DNA of 64,000 bases from Spirulina sp. (GTDB taxonomy: Bacteria; Cyanobacteriota; Cyanobacteriia; Phormidesmidales; Phormidesmidaceae). Under the pieces are notes generated by a model, which had not been told where the DNA came from, made no database searches, and saw only the letters and a program-made list of their open reading frames with translations. The number at the start of each line of letters is the position of its first letter. Position 1 is the stretch's first letter. A program made the position numbers and the translations under genes. Shown piece after piece: positions 10,066 to 17,869 of this stretch. The stretch is from assembly GCA_044070495.1 (NCBI GenBank), contig JBIPSI010000005.1, forward strand, positions 32,001 through 96,000, in the 5' to 3' direction.

Positions 10066-12842
10066 TAGCCTTCCTCCTTATCGAGTTCGAGGCCATAGGT
10101 CAGCCCGTCGGGCAGGTTTTTCAGCAGCTTTTGCAGTTGTGCCCCGGTCAACGACTCCACGCTAAGGGTCAGGTTTTTCACCTGGGATCCGGGGTTGATG
10201 CCCCACTCGTCAGTGGCCTTGGCATAGAGGTTGAGGGCAGAGGTGGCCGGGGTGAAACGGCGAGACACCTGGGCTGGTGGCGTAGAGTCAAAGATGGATC
10301 CGCCCATTGATCCACCCGTGGTACCTACCCCTGTGCCTGGGTCGGGTTCGTGGGGTATGGGTGGTGGTGGTGTGGTGGGCGGGGGGTAGGGGGTGTCTCC
10401 GGTCGGTATCGTCGGGGGCGATCCACCAGAATCGGGCGACACAATGCTGGTACTGCTCGATCCTGTGGAGGCGGGCGGGGCAGAGGAGCCGGACGACGAC
10501 CCATCGGAGGTGGGGGCGGCCTGGGGCAGTTGCAGGTAGGTTTCTTCTAGGTGTCTGCCGCTGGGGAGCTTTGCCTTCATGCGGTGATAGGCAGCGGATT
10601 CCTCTTCTCCTGGCTTGGCCTGGATGGTTTCTCGCCCCTGGAGGTTGATGGCCAGTTTGCCCTGGGCACAGAGGCGAATTAGCTTTTCCTTCACCTGCAC
10701 TTCCCCTAGCCAAGGAATGCAGTCTCTGCCGTTCGTGCGGGGTTCTTGCAGTTCGCTCAACAGCTTGCTCACCGAGTCGCCATTGGTCGTTGCCTCCAGC
10801 ACCTGCTCCTCAAAGTCTTCAGGAATAAAGATGTCCCGACGCAGGCGTTCTTCAATAGCATCGGGAATCTTAGATCCCTTAGCCTGCAACCCTTCCACCA
10901 CAAACTGACAGCGGTTCGGTTCGCCATAGTTCCAGGTTTGCAGAATCGCAAAGCGATCAAAGCGATCCTGAAGGGCCTCCTGCAACTGTCGATGATATTT
11001 CTTTTCAAACCCCTTATATTCAGGGCTTTGCCCTTGCCATTCCTTGGCTTTGAGCACGGCCCGCGCCAAAACAATCAAGTCGCGGTCGTAGTAGGCGTTT
11101 GAGCTGCCTACTTTGGGCAGCAGAAACCGAATGGTATTGCGGCGTTTGGGCACATGCTCCTTCAGCCAAGGGCCAAGCCGTTCATTCAGCTTAGCCACCT
11201 CCTCCGGAATCACCAGGATAGGCAATCGGGCATCCCACTGGTCGGGGTGTTCAGCGGGGTCGAGTTCTCCCCACGGATTGCTAAGCCATTGGGTAGGCAG
11301 CACAATCACCCGGAAATCTCCCCGCAGATCGCCGCTGCCCGCCAGGGCGTAGCGAATCTCGTTGCGCAGGTGCAACTGATCGGAACCGTCCTCAAACAGA
11401 CGATCGTTACGGGCAAAGGCCATCAGCTTGGTCTGGGGGTTGTCCTCTACCTGGAACACCAGGCGATCGCCCAGCCGATGAATGTTGAAGCTGTTCTCGG
11501 CGATGGTCTCTAGCTCAACCTGGAAGGCGTTTTCATCAATGGCGCGATCGCGGGTGATGTCGAGCTGGAGCGTTGCTGGATCGGCCCCGGTTAGCCGACT
11601 AACAGAAAGAGAACGCACCCATAGCGCCCCCATAACTTCCGACAGATGGGGCACCTCAGCATCTGGCCGCTTCACCGCCTCGCGGACAGCGACTAGGTTG
11701 CGCTGGGCCTTATCCCTAAGACTAAGATGACGCTGCCCCACCACCGAATCGAGCAATGAAGCTACCCCACTGACCTCATCATCGACCCGAAAATCAGCGG
11801 CGGTAATCAGCGGGCGATCACTATGGCGCTTGAATAAGTCAGCCAGAATTTTGATCAGGTCGCGGGTGTCCTGAGCCTCCGTGGCCACTAATATCTGGTC
11901 TTCCAACAACTGGAGCAGATGGGGAGCAAAGGGCCAAGCCTCAATAAATTCCTGCTGTTTGCGCTCCTGTTCGGTGGGCGGCACTGCTCTAAGCCGAAAA
12001 TACTCCGCCACATGGGCCTGGGTAAGGGATTCGATGGCTGACTCAGCCACCTGCATACGGTTCTCAAACAGTCGATGCAGCAGCAGTTTCCGGCGTTCGG
12101 AAGCGGCGTTAGGCCCCTCAAAGTCAATCAGGACAGGGTTCACCCGGTGGATTTGTAGATAGGCATCGGTTCCACCATTACGGACAGAAACTACCAGGGA
12201 CAGTAGATCGGGGTACTCCTGAGCAATTTCAGAGAGCATCTGAATAAAGCTAAACGCCCAGGTACGTGCCGGTAGCCGTTTGCTGTTTGTCAGGGCGTCG
12301 TACCAGGTCTGGAACTCGTCCAGAATCAGAACAATAGGTTGCTTCTGTAAAAGTTCTATAACGAGGTCATGGGGGAGAATGTCTGTTTTTTTGTCTCCCA
12401 TGCCTTCCCACTTACCCCGAATGTAATTCCCCTCCGGGTGTTCCTCCAGAATTAAATCCCATAAGTATTTGTACCTCTGGCGGTTGAGGTTGACGCTAAT
12501 GACCTGGGTATCGGTGCGGGGCCGTAGCCCAGCGATGTAGGGGCTACCAAGCTGCGCGGCCCAGTAGTTTAGCCATGTTGCGATTGCGTCAGGGGTCTTG
12601 ATGGCATGGTAGAGAGCCGCCATCAGGTGAGATTTACCTTTGCCGCGCTCACCCATCAACACCACCGGTCGCCCTTCCCCCGGCGCGAGGGCTGCCAACG
12701 TCTTGAGCAAATCGGTAGAAGGATAGGTAATGGCAAGGAACTGCTCAGCGGGAAGCTTACTCGCCTCCACCAAGTCGATTTGCGTTCCCTTGAGTCGTTT
12801 TCCTTCAAATTCTGAACGCAGTTGTAGGCCTAGCATAGGCAC
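10065..12842 (-). CDS. DUF499-family AAA+ ATPase (BrxC-related)
   Basis: Walker A GERGKGKSH, Walker B LILDEFQ, WPFAP, Q.TRDLI; Pro/Ser/Gly linker before small C-terminal domain; TAATG coupling to next gene. Confidence 0.85.
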   Translation of the reverse strand: MPMLGLQLRSEFEGKRLKGTQIDLVEASKLPAEQFLAITYPSTDLLKTLAALAPGEGRPVVLMGERGKGKSHLMAALYHAIKTPDAIATWLNYWAAQLGSPYIAGLRPRTDTQVISVNLNRQRYKYLWDLILEEHPEGNYIRGKWEGMGDKKTDILPHDLVIELLQKQPIVLILDEFQTWYDALTNSKRLPARTWAFSFIQMLSEIAQEYPDLLSLVVSVRNGGTDAYLQIHRVNPVLIDFEGPNAASERRKLLLHRLFENRMQVAESAIESLTQAHVAEYFRLRAVPPTEQERKQQEFIEAWPFAPHLLQLLEDQILVATEAQDTRDLIKILADLFKRHSDRPLITAADFRVDDEVSGVASLLDSVVGQRHLSLRDKAQRNLVAVREAVKRPDAEVPHLSEVMGALWVRSLSVSRLTGADPATLQLDITRDRAIDENAFQVELETIAENSFNIHRLGDRLVFQVEDNPQTKLMAFARNDRLFEDGSDQLHLRNEIRYALAGSGDLRGDFRVIVLPTQWLSNPWGELDPAEHPDQWDARLPILVIPEEVAKLNERLGPWLKEHVPKRRNTIRFLLPKVGSSNAYYDRDLIVLARAVLKAKEWQGQSPEYKGFEKKYHRQLQEALQDRFDRFAILQTWNYGEPNRCQFVVEGLQAKGSKIPDAIEERLRRDIFIPEDFEEQVLEATTNGDSVSKLLSELQEPRTNGRDCIPWLGEVQVKEKLIRLCAQGKLAINLQGRETIQAKPGEEESAAYHRMKAKLPSGRHLEETYLQLPQAAPTSDGSSSGSSAPPASTGSSSTSIVSPDSGGSPPTIPTGDTPYPPPTTPPPPIPHEPDPGTGVGTTGGSMGGSIFDSTPPAQVSRRFTPATSALNLYAKATDEWGINPGSQVKNLTLSVESLTGAQLQKLLKNLPDGLTYGLELDKEEG

Positions 12843-12999
12843 GCTCTAACTAAAGTTGGCAAACGATATCCAGTAGGGGCAGGCACTCGATGGGGACAAA
12901 GGGAACCCTTGTCAGATCCACAGATAACTGAAAAGGCTCCAATTTCGACCAGACAAACCGGGTCAGGATACCCCCAGATGAATCCATAGTACCCAAGAC

Positions 13000-13076
13000 T
13001 TGAAAAAAACATCAACTCGATGTTGACGTAGAAATCAACATCGGTTAGCTTGGTGGACAGTTGACGAAAAAATCAA
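13000..13076. promoter_or_regulatory. Three TTGA-N8-TCAA palindromic operators overlapping a sigma70-like promoter
   Basis: Sites at 13000-13015, 13023-13038 and 13061-13076; -35 TTGACG 13023-13028, 17 bp spacer, -10 TAGCTT 13046-13051. Confidence 0.75.
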
Positions 13077-13092
13077 GTTTTGGAGATTACCG

Positions 13093-14487
13093 ATGTCTAC
13101 ACCACCTTCTGTTTCCCTCAAGGCTCACGCCCCTGTCGCTGTCCGGCAGGTCAGCTTGTTTGATGAGCTAAGCGATTCGGGCTTTCACCCGCTCCATGTT
13201 CCCTTAGATGTGCTGGTCAGCATTCCAGCCAGCATCCGGCAAGACGAAATCCGATTGAATGACTATCTCATCCACGGCCTAAAGCTCGGCCTAGGGGCAC
13301 TCGCTCAGGCTGCCGTAAGCCTCGACACCACCGAGTACGTAGCCACTATCCAGCGGGAGTTTGCCGCCATTCAACAGTCCTGGAGCCAGCTCCAGACTGA
13401 GAGCCGCCAAGAGCTAGAACAGCTCATTGACCAAGAGTTGACCGGTGAAAATTCGGCCCTCGCCACCGAGCTAAAGCGCTATCTTGCTGACGGGGGCACC
13501 TTCACCAAGGCACTAGAGGATATTCACCGCAAACTTGCCGATCCCAATAACTTGACCAGCATTCCTGGCCAGGTCAAAGCGCTTTTGTCGGCAGCGTTTG
13601 AGCAGGCCGATGCCCCCTTCCGCAAAGCCCTAAGTATCGCTGACCACAACTCCCCCCTAGGCCAACTGCTGGAGCACCAGCAGCGAGAGCTAGCCAACCA
13701 CAAGGCGGCGATCACTCAACTGCACACCAACCTACATCAAGAGTTTAAGGAGCAGTTCGAGCTGATCAAAAACGGCCTGAACATTCAGGCACTGCTGGAG
13801 CAGCAGCAGGCAGAGCAATCGGCCCTGCTGGAAAAGAGCATCCAAAAAGGTCGCCCGTTTGAGGTTGTGGCCGCTGAGTGCCTAGACCAGGCCAGCCGCT
13901 ACTGTAAAGATATCGTCACTCCCCTAAGTGACGAGTTGGTGGAGGGCACTGGACGCAAGGTGGGCGATGTGCTGGTGGAAATCTTCGATGAAGCCTGCGC
14001 CGATATCAAGATCGTCGTAGAAACCAAGGCGGGTCAGTACAACATCGGCGGCAAGCGGGGGCTAATCAAACAAATGCAGGAGGCGATGGAGTTTCGCAAT
14101 GCCCAGGCTGCGATCGCCGTCGTTCACCGTGATTACGCCAAGCAAAACCAAGCCGTCTACAGCGAGTTAGGTCACAACCTTGTCATGGTTGCCGTAGATC
14201 CTGACAATGAGGAGTCTGGGTTGTTGCCCCTAGAGCTGGCCTATCTCTCTACTCGCTCTAAGCTGATTGCGCTCCACCGCAAAGGCAGCTCAGAGCAGCT
14301 TGATCTCAATGCTATCCAGCAAACTATCGATCAGCTATCGGCTTGCCTCAACAGCGCCCAGGCCATGAAAGCCAACTGCACCGCCGCCAAAACCAGTGTC
14401 GATAAGGTCTACGCAGATATTCAGCAGATGGAGTCAGGGGTCAAGCAGCAACTATCGACTCTCCGCTCTCAATTGGGGCTGGCTTAG
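13093..14487 (+). CDS. Coiled-coil protein with putative PD-(D/E)xK nuclease domain (RmuC/DUF2130-like architecture)
   Basis: GGAG RBS; long Q/E/L helical region, then KGRPFE...VGDVLV...IVVETK, then C-terminal coiled coil. Confidence 0.7.
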   Translation: MSTPPSVSLKAHAPVAVRQVSLFDELSDSGFHPLHVPLDVLVSIPASIRQDEIRLNDYLIHGLKLGLGALAQAAVSLDTTEYVATIQREFAAIQQSWSQLQTESRQELEQLIDQELTGENSALATELKRYLADGGTFTKALEDIHRKLADPNNLTSIPGQVKALLSAAFEQADAPFRKALSIADHNSPLGQLLEHQQRELANHKAAITQLHTNLHQEFKEQFELIKNGLNIQALLEQQQAEQSALLEKSIQKGRPFEVVAAECLDQASRYCKDIVTPLSDELVEGTGRKVGDVLVEIFDEACADIKIVVETKAGQYNIGGKRGLIKQMQEAMEFRNAQAAIAVVHRDYAKQNQAVYSELGHNLVMVAVDPDNEESGLLPLELAYLSTRSKLIALHRKGSSEQLDLNAIQQTIDQLSACLNSAQAMKANCTAAKTSVDKVYADIQQMESGVKQQLSTLRSQLGLA

Positions 14488-14621
14488 CAGACCGTGTACT
14501 CCCATCTGGCAAGTCAGGCTTTGTGTCCGAGGGGAGACGAGCCTACCCAACATCTGATTCCCAGTGAGCTTTGATCGCCCAGAAACAAGACAGCGTCTTT
14601 ATTCTCTCACGGTTGTAATTT

Positions 14622-16505
14622 ATGGCCCAAAAAACGATTCAATGCCGCCTAGTCGCCCCTGCTGAGACTCGTCAATACCTGTGGACACTCGCCGCCGAAA
14701 AGAACACACCGCTGATTAACGCCCTCATCCAGGGCATCGTCACCCACGAGGACTTTGAAACCTGGCGAATTAAGGGCCGACATCCCGCCGATGTTGTAAC
14801 CAAGCTCTGCAAAAGCCTGAAAACAGAAGCCCCCTTCTCCGGTCAGCCCTCCCGGTTCTATGCCTCCGCCGAAAAAGCCGTCAACTACATCTTCAAGTCC
14901 TGGTTTACCCTGCAACGCCGCCTCCAACAGAAAATCTCTGGCCAACAAACCTGGCTCACCATCCTCAAAAGCGATGACGAGCTAGTGGAGCTATGTGGCC
15001 ATGCGTTAGAAGATATCCAAGATAAAGCCGCCCAGATTTTGGATGACGCTGAAACAGCGATTGAGGAGGAAGGGCATTCAGGCCAATCGAAACAAACCGC
15101 CATCAGAGCACATCTGTTCAAAAAGCACGACCAGGCCAAACAACCCCTGATTCGCTGTGCCACCGCCTATCTCCTCAAAAACGGGGGCAAAATTCCCGAC
15201 CAGCCCGAAGACCCTGAGAAATTTGCCCACCGCCGCCGCAAAGCCGAAATCCAGGTGCAGCGCCTCCAAGACCAACTCGAAGCCCGCCTTCCCAAGGGCC
15301 GAGACCTCACCGGACAAACTTGGCTTTCCACCCTGCTCACCGCCACCACCACCGTCCCCAAAGACAACCGCGAACATAAGCAGTGGCAAGACAAACTGTT
15401 GGCCCAGCCCCGCACCATCCCCTTCCCCATCCTGTTTGAAACCAACGAAGACCTCGTCTGGTCACGGAATGCCTCCGGTCGTCTCTGTGTACGATTCAAC
15501 GGCCTGAGCGAACATCGGTTTCAAATCTACTGCGACCAACGGCAACTGCCCTGGTTTCAGCGATTCCTAGACGACCAAGAAACCAAGCGGGCCAGCAAAA
15601 ACCAGCACTCCAGCGCCCTCTTTGCCCTGCGTTCTGCCCGCCTCTCCTGGCAAGAATGCGATGACCACCAAGGCCACCCCTGGGATGCCCACACCCTCAC
15701 CCTCTCCTGCACCGTCGATACCCGCCTCTGGAGCGCTGAGGGCACCGACGACGTGCGCCAGGAAAAAGCTGCCGAGGTCTCCCAGATACTCACCCGCCTC
15801 AACGAGAAAGGTGACTTATCCAAAACCCAGGCAGGCTATGCCAAACGCCTCACCTCCACCCTAGAGCGCCTCGATAGCTCCTTCCATCGCCCCAGCCGCC
15901 CCCGCGACCAAGGACAAGCCCATATCATCGCTGGCCTCAGCCTGGGCTGGGATGTCCCGCTTACCCTAGCGATTTGGAACGCTAGCACCCAGGAAATCCT
16001 GACCTATCGCAGCCTCCGCCAACTCCTGGGTCAAGACTACAGCCTCTTCCTCAAACACCGCCGAGATCAACAGCAGCAGTCCCATCGCCGCCACAAGGCC
16101 CAGCGGCAGGGCAAAGATAACCGCTTTGGCACCTCCCACCTGGGAGAACATATTGATCGCCTACTGGCCAAGGCCGTCGTCGCTGTGGCCCAACAACACG
16201 GAGCCGGGAGCATCGCCATCCCCAAGCTAGACAACATCCGCGAAACCCTTCAGGCCGAAATTCAGACCAAAGCCGAGCAAAAAGCGCCCGGTTCCATCGA
16301 AGGGCAGAAACGCTACGCCAAGCAATACAAGATCAGCATCCACAAATGGAGCTACAGCAGGCTACTCGATCAAGTGGCCAGCAAAGCCGCCCAGCAAGGA
16401 CTCGTCATCGAAACCGTCAAACAACCCTGGCGGCAAAATCCCCAGGAGCGGGCAAAAGCCGTAGCCATAGCCGCCTACGAGGCACGACAAACGATAGTAC
16501 CTTAG
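14622..16505 (+). CDS. cas12k: Cas12k (C2c5), type V-K effector with inactive RuvC
   Basis: MAQKTIQCRL, LAAEKNTPLIN, AYLLKNG, PKGRD, FQIYCDQRQLPWFQRFLDDQ, NQHSSALF, VDTRLWSAEGT, HKWSYSRL; RuvC-I lacks Asp (AGLSLG). Confidence 0.97.
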   Translation: MAQKTIQCRLVAPAETRQYLWTLAAEKNTPLINALIQGIVTHEDFETWRIKGRHPADVVTKLCKSLKTEAPFSGQPSRFYASAEKAVNYIFKSWFTLQRRLQQKISGQQTWLTILKSDDELVELCGHALEDIQDKAAQILDDAETAIEEEGHSGQSKQTAIRAHLFKKHDQAKQPLIRCATAYLLKNGGKIPDQPEDPEKFAHRRRKAEIQVQRLQDQLEARLPKGRDLTGQTWLSTLLTATTTVPKDNREHKQWQDKLLAQPRTIPFPILFETNEDLVWSRNASGRLCVRFNGLSEHRFQIYCDQRQLPWFQRFLDDQETKRASKNQHSSALFALRSARLSWQECDDHQGHPWDAHTLTLSCTVDTRLWSAEGTDDVRQEKAAEVSQILTRLNEKGDLSKTQAGYAKRLTSTLERLDSSFHRPSRPRDQGQAHIIAGLSLGWDVPLTLAIWNASTQEILTYRSLRQLLGQDYSLFLKHRRDQQQQSHRRHKAQRQGKDNRFGTSHLGEHIDRLLAKAVVAVAQQHGAGSIAIPKLDNIRETLQAEIQTKAEQKAPGSIEGQKRYAKQYKISIHKWSYSRLLDQVASKAAQQGLVIETVKQPWRQNPQERAKAVAIAAYEARQTIVP

Positions 16506-16574
16506 AACCAAAAGCCTAGGCTATAATGGGCAAACAGCTTTGAACCCGACCGCTGAACCTAGACAACCGAATGA

Positions 16575-16846
16575 TTCAATCGCGCCGCGACTCATGCGTT
16601 AGCCTCTGAGTCGTGTGAAATAAGGGTTAGTTTGGCTGTTGGAAAACAGCCGTGCTTTCTGGCCCTGGTAGCTACTCGCCCTGATGCTGTCGGACGAGAG
16701 GCTTCGGCCTCTCCGAAGAGATTAAGTCGTAGTTGACGTGCTTGTAACCTTGATTATGACGTAGGTGCGCTCCCAGCAATAAGGGTGTGGATGTACTGCT
16801 GTAGTGGCTACCGAATCACCCCCGACCAAGGGGGAACTCGCTCCAA
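16575..16846 (+). ncRNA. Type V-K tracrRNA (ends approximate)
   Basis: Conserved blocks GCGCCGC, AGGGTTAGTTTG, TGCTTTCTGGCCCTGGTAGCT, TAGGTGCGCTCCCAGCAATAAGG, GATGTACTGCTGTAGTGGCTAC, CACCCCCGACCAAGGGGGAAC; TATAAT at 16522-16527 upstream. Confidence 0.92.
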
Positions 16847-17045
16847 TACTGGGGTTGAGGGTCTTTGGAAGGATGAAATACGCCTTCTCGATCCGCGCCA
16901 AGACCGAACAACCCGTCACACGGTTATTCCAAGTCTTTGCCCAGGTCAAAAGACCCTCGACCTCACCAGTACTGCCGGGATGGATGAGGCGATCCGCGCA
17001 AATGACTTCTGAAAGCCTTGTCTTGAGAGCCTTTCAGAAGCCTGC

Positions 17046-17292
17046 GTCACAATCAACCACCCTGCACAGGGGAGGTTGAAAGGGCGCAGCCCATGGGAAG
17101 GCGTGCTTGCTTTCAGGTCACAATCAACCACCCTGCACAGGGGAGGTTGAAAGAAGGTAGGCACCTAGCTCCCAGGAGGTCAACGAACGTCACAATCAAC
17201 CACCCTGCACAGGGGAGGTTGAAAGCACTATACGGAGTGGACAAGAGATCAGCGGGTTGGTCACAATCAACCACCCTGCACAGGGGAGGTTG
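17046..17292 (+). CRISPR. V-K CRISPR array: 3 full 37-nt repeats plus 1 truncated repeat; spacers of 34, 35 and 34 nt
   Basis: GTCACAATCAACCACCCTGCACAGGGGAGGTTGAAAG at 17046, 17117 and 17189; fourth copy 17260-17292 lacks terminal AAAG. Confidence 0.97.
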
Positions 17293-17376
17293 GTGGGAAT
17301 TATCTGTGTATGATGGCCAAATGACATAATTAGGGACTTTGGCTAGTGCTGAAGACCTCAGAAGACAGAATAAACC

Positions 17377-17407
17377 AGCGAGTTGAAAGGTAAAACCTTA
17401 GCCTTCC
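17377..17407 (+). CRISPR. Delocalised homing mini-crRNA (partial repeat plus short spacer against tRNA-Gly)
   Basis: AGCGAGTTGAAAG followed by GTAAAACCTTAGCCTTCC, 18/18 match to the minus strand of 17576-17593 with GTG PAM. Confidence 0.95.
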
Positions 17408-17422
17408 TGTATTCCACTTAAG

Positions 17423-17533
17423 CGACAACAATTTGTCACCAGTATTTTGACGACAAGATTTTGTCCCGACGACAGTAATATGACCTTGACGACATCAATC
17501 TGTCACCGATGACAAATAACGTGTCACTGTACA
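17423..17533 (-). repeat. CRISPR-proximal transposon end (left end in ShCAST nomenclature) with about 5 TnsB-binding sites
   Basis: GACA...TGTCAC-like units at about 17423, 17451, 17470, 17490 and 17510; minus strand starts TGTACAGTGACAC. Confidence 0.92.
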
Positions 17534-17539
17534 GATTTA

Positions 17540-17610
17540 AGCGGGTGGGGGGAATCGAACCCCCATCATTAGCTTGGAAGGCTAAGGTTTTACCACTAAA
17601 CTACACCCGC
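17540..17610 (-). tRNA. tRNA-Gly (anticodon TCC), CAST attachment site
   Basis: Acceptor stem GCGGGTG/CACCCGC, D arm GTTTAGTGGTAAAAC, anticodon arm TTAGC-CTTCCAA-GCTAA, T loop GGTTCGATTCC; CCA not encoded. Confidence 0.97.
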
Positions 17611-17753
17611 AAGGTGGATGGCGCTCTATTTATCTAGAACTAGTTATTTAGAGCCAGTATGGCCTGAAGCCTAGTTTAGCATAGGTTGGGATCGAAGCTG
17701 TGGCCACGATTGGGAGCGCTAAGCAGGCCTGAGCAACGGGATTGAGCAACGGG

Positions 17754-17789
17754 AAAACCGGAGCACTTTCTCTGAAGCACTCCGGTTTT
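17754..17789 (-). terminator. Intrinsic terminator downstream of hpf
   Basis: AAAACCGGAG...CTCCGGTTTT inverted repeat. Confidence 0.7.
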
Positions 17790-17869
17790 GGGTAGAGATT
17801 AGGCTATGGCCCTAGCAGGTCTCCCGAATTGGCCCCTAGGCAGGATGCCAGTTCGGGCGCGAGGAAAAC

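Larger units (their letters stand above)
1..17533. mobile_element. Type V-K CRISPR-associated Tn7-like transposon (CAST), partial; the other end lies upstream of the window
   Basis: Order tnsB(3')-tnsC-tniQ, cargo, cas12k, tracrRNA, array, homing spacer, TnsB-site repeats ending TGTACA at 17528-17533, then tRNA gene. Confidence 0.96.

Noticed and set aside
2069..12842. Calling the cargo canonical BREX type 1 or DISARM
   Set aside because: No recognisable brxA/brxL/PglX-type or drmA/drmB/drmC genes; ATPase and MTase are DUF499/DUF1156 type
12830..13015. 61-aa minus-strand ORF as possible regulator
   Set aside because: No HTH/RHH pattern and it overlaps the promoter/operator region
14622..16505. 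Cas12k as an active interference nuclease or TnpB
   Set aside because: RuvC-I Asp absent; Cas12k signatures and tns context are clear
17250..17259. Spacer 3 end CAGCGGGTTG resembles homing repeat CAGCGAGTTG
   Set aside because: Only 10 nt and not followed by AAAG; likely chance
16722..17329. Several 72-91 aa ORFs across tracrRNA and array
   Set aside because: They translate structured RNA and repeats; no protein motifs
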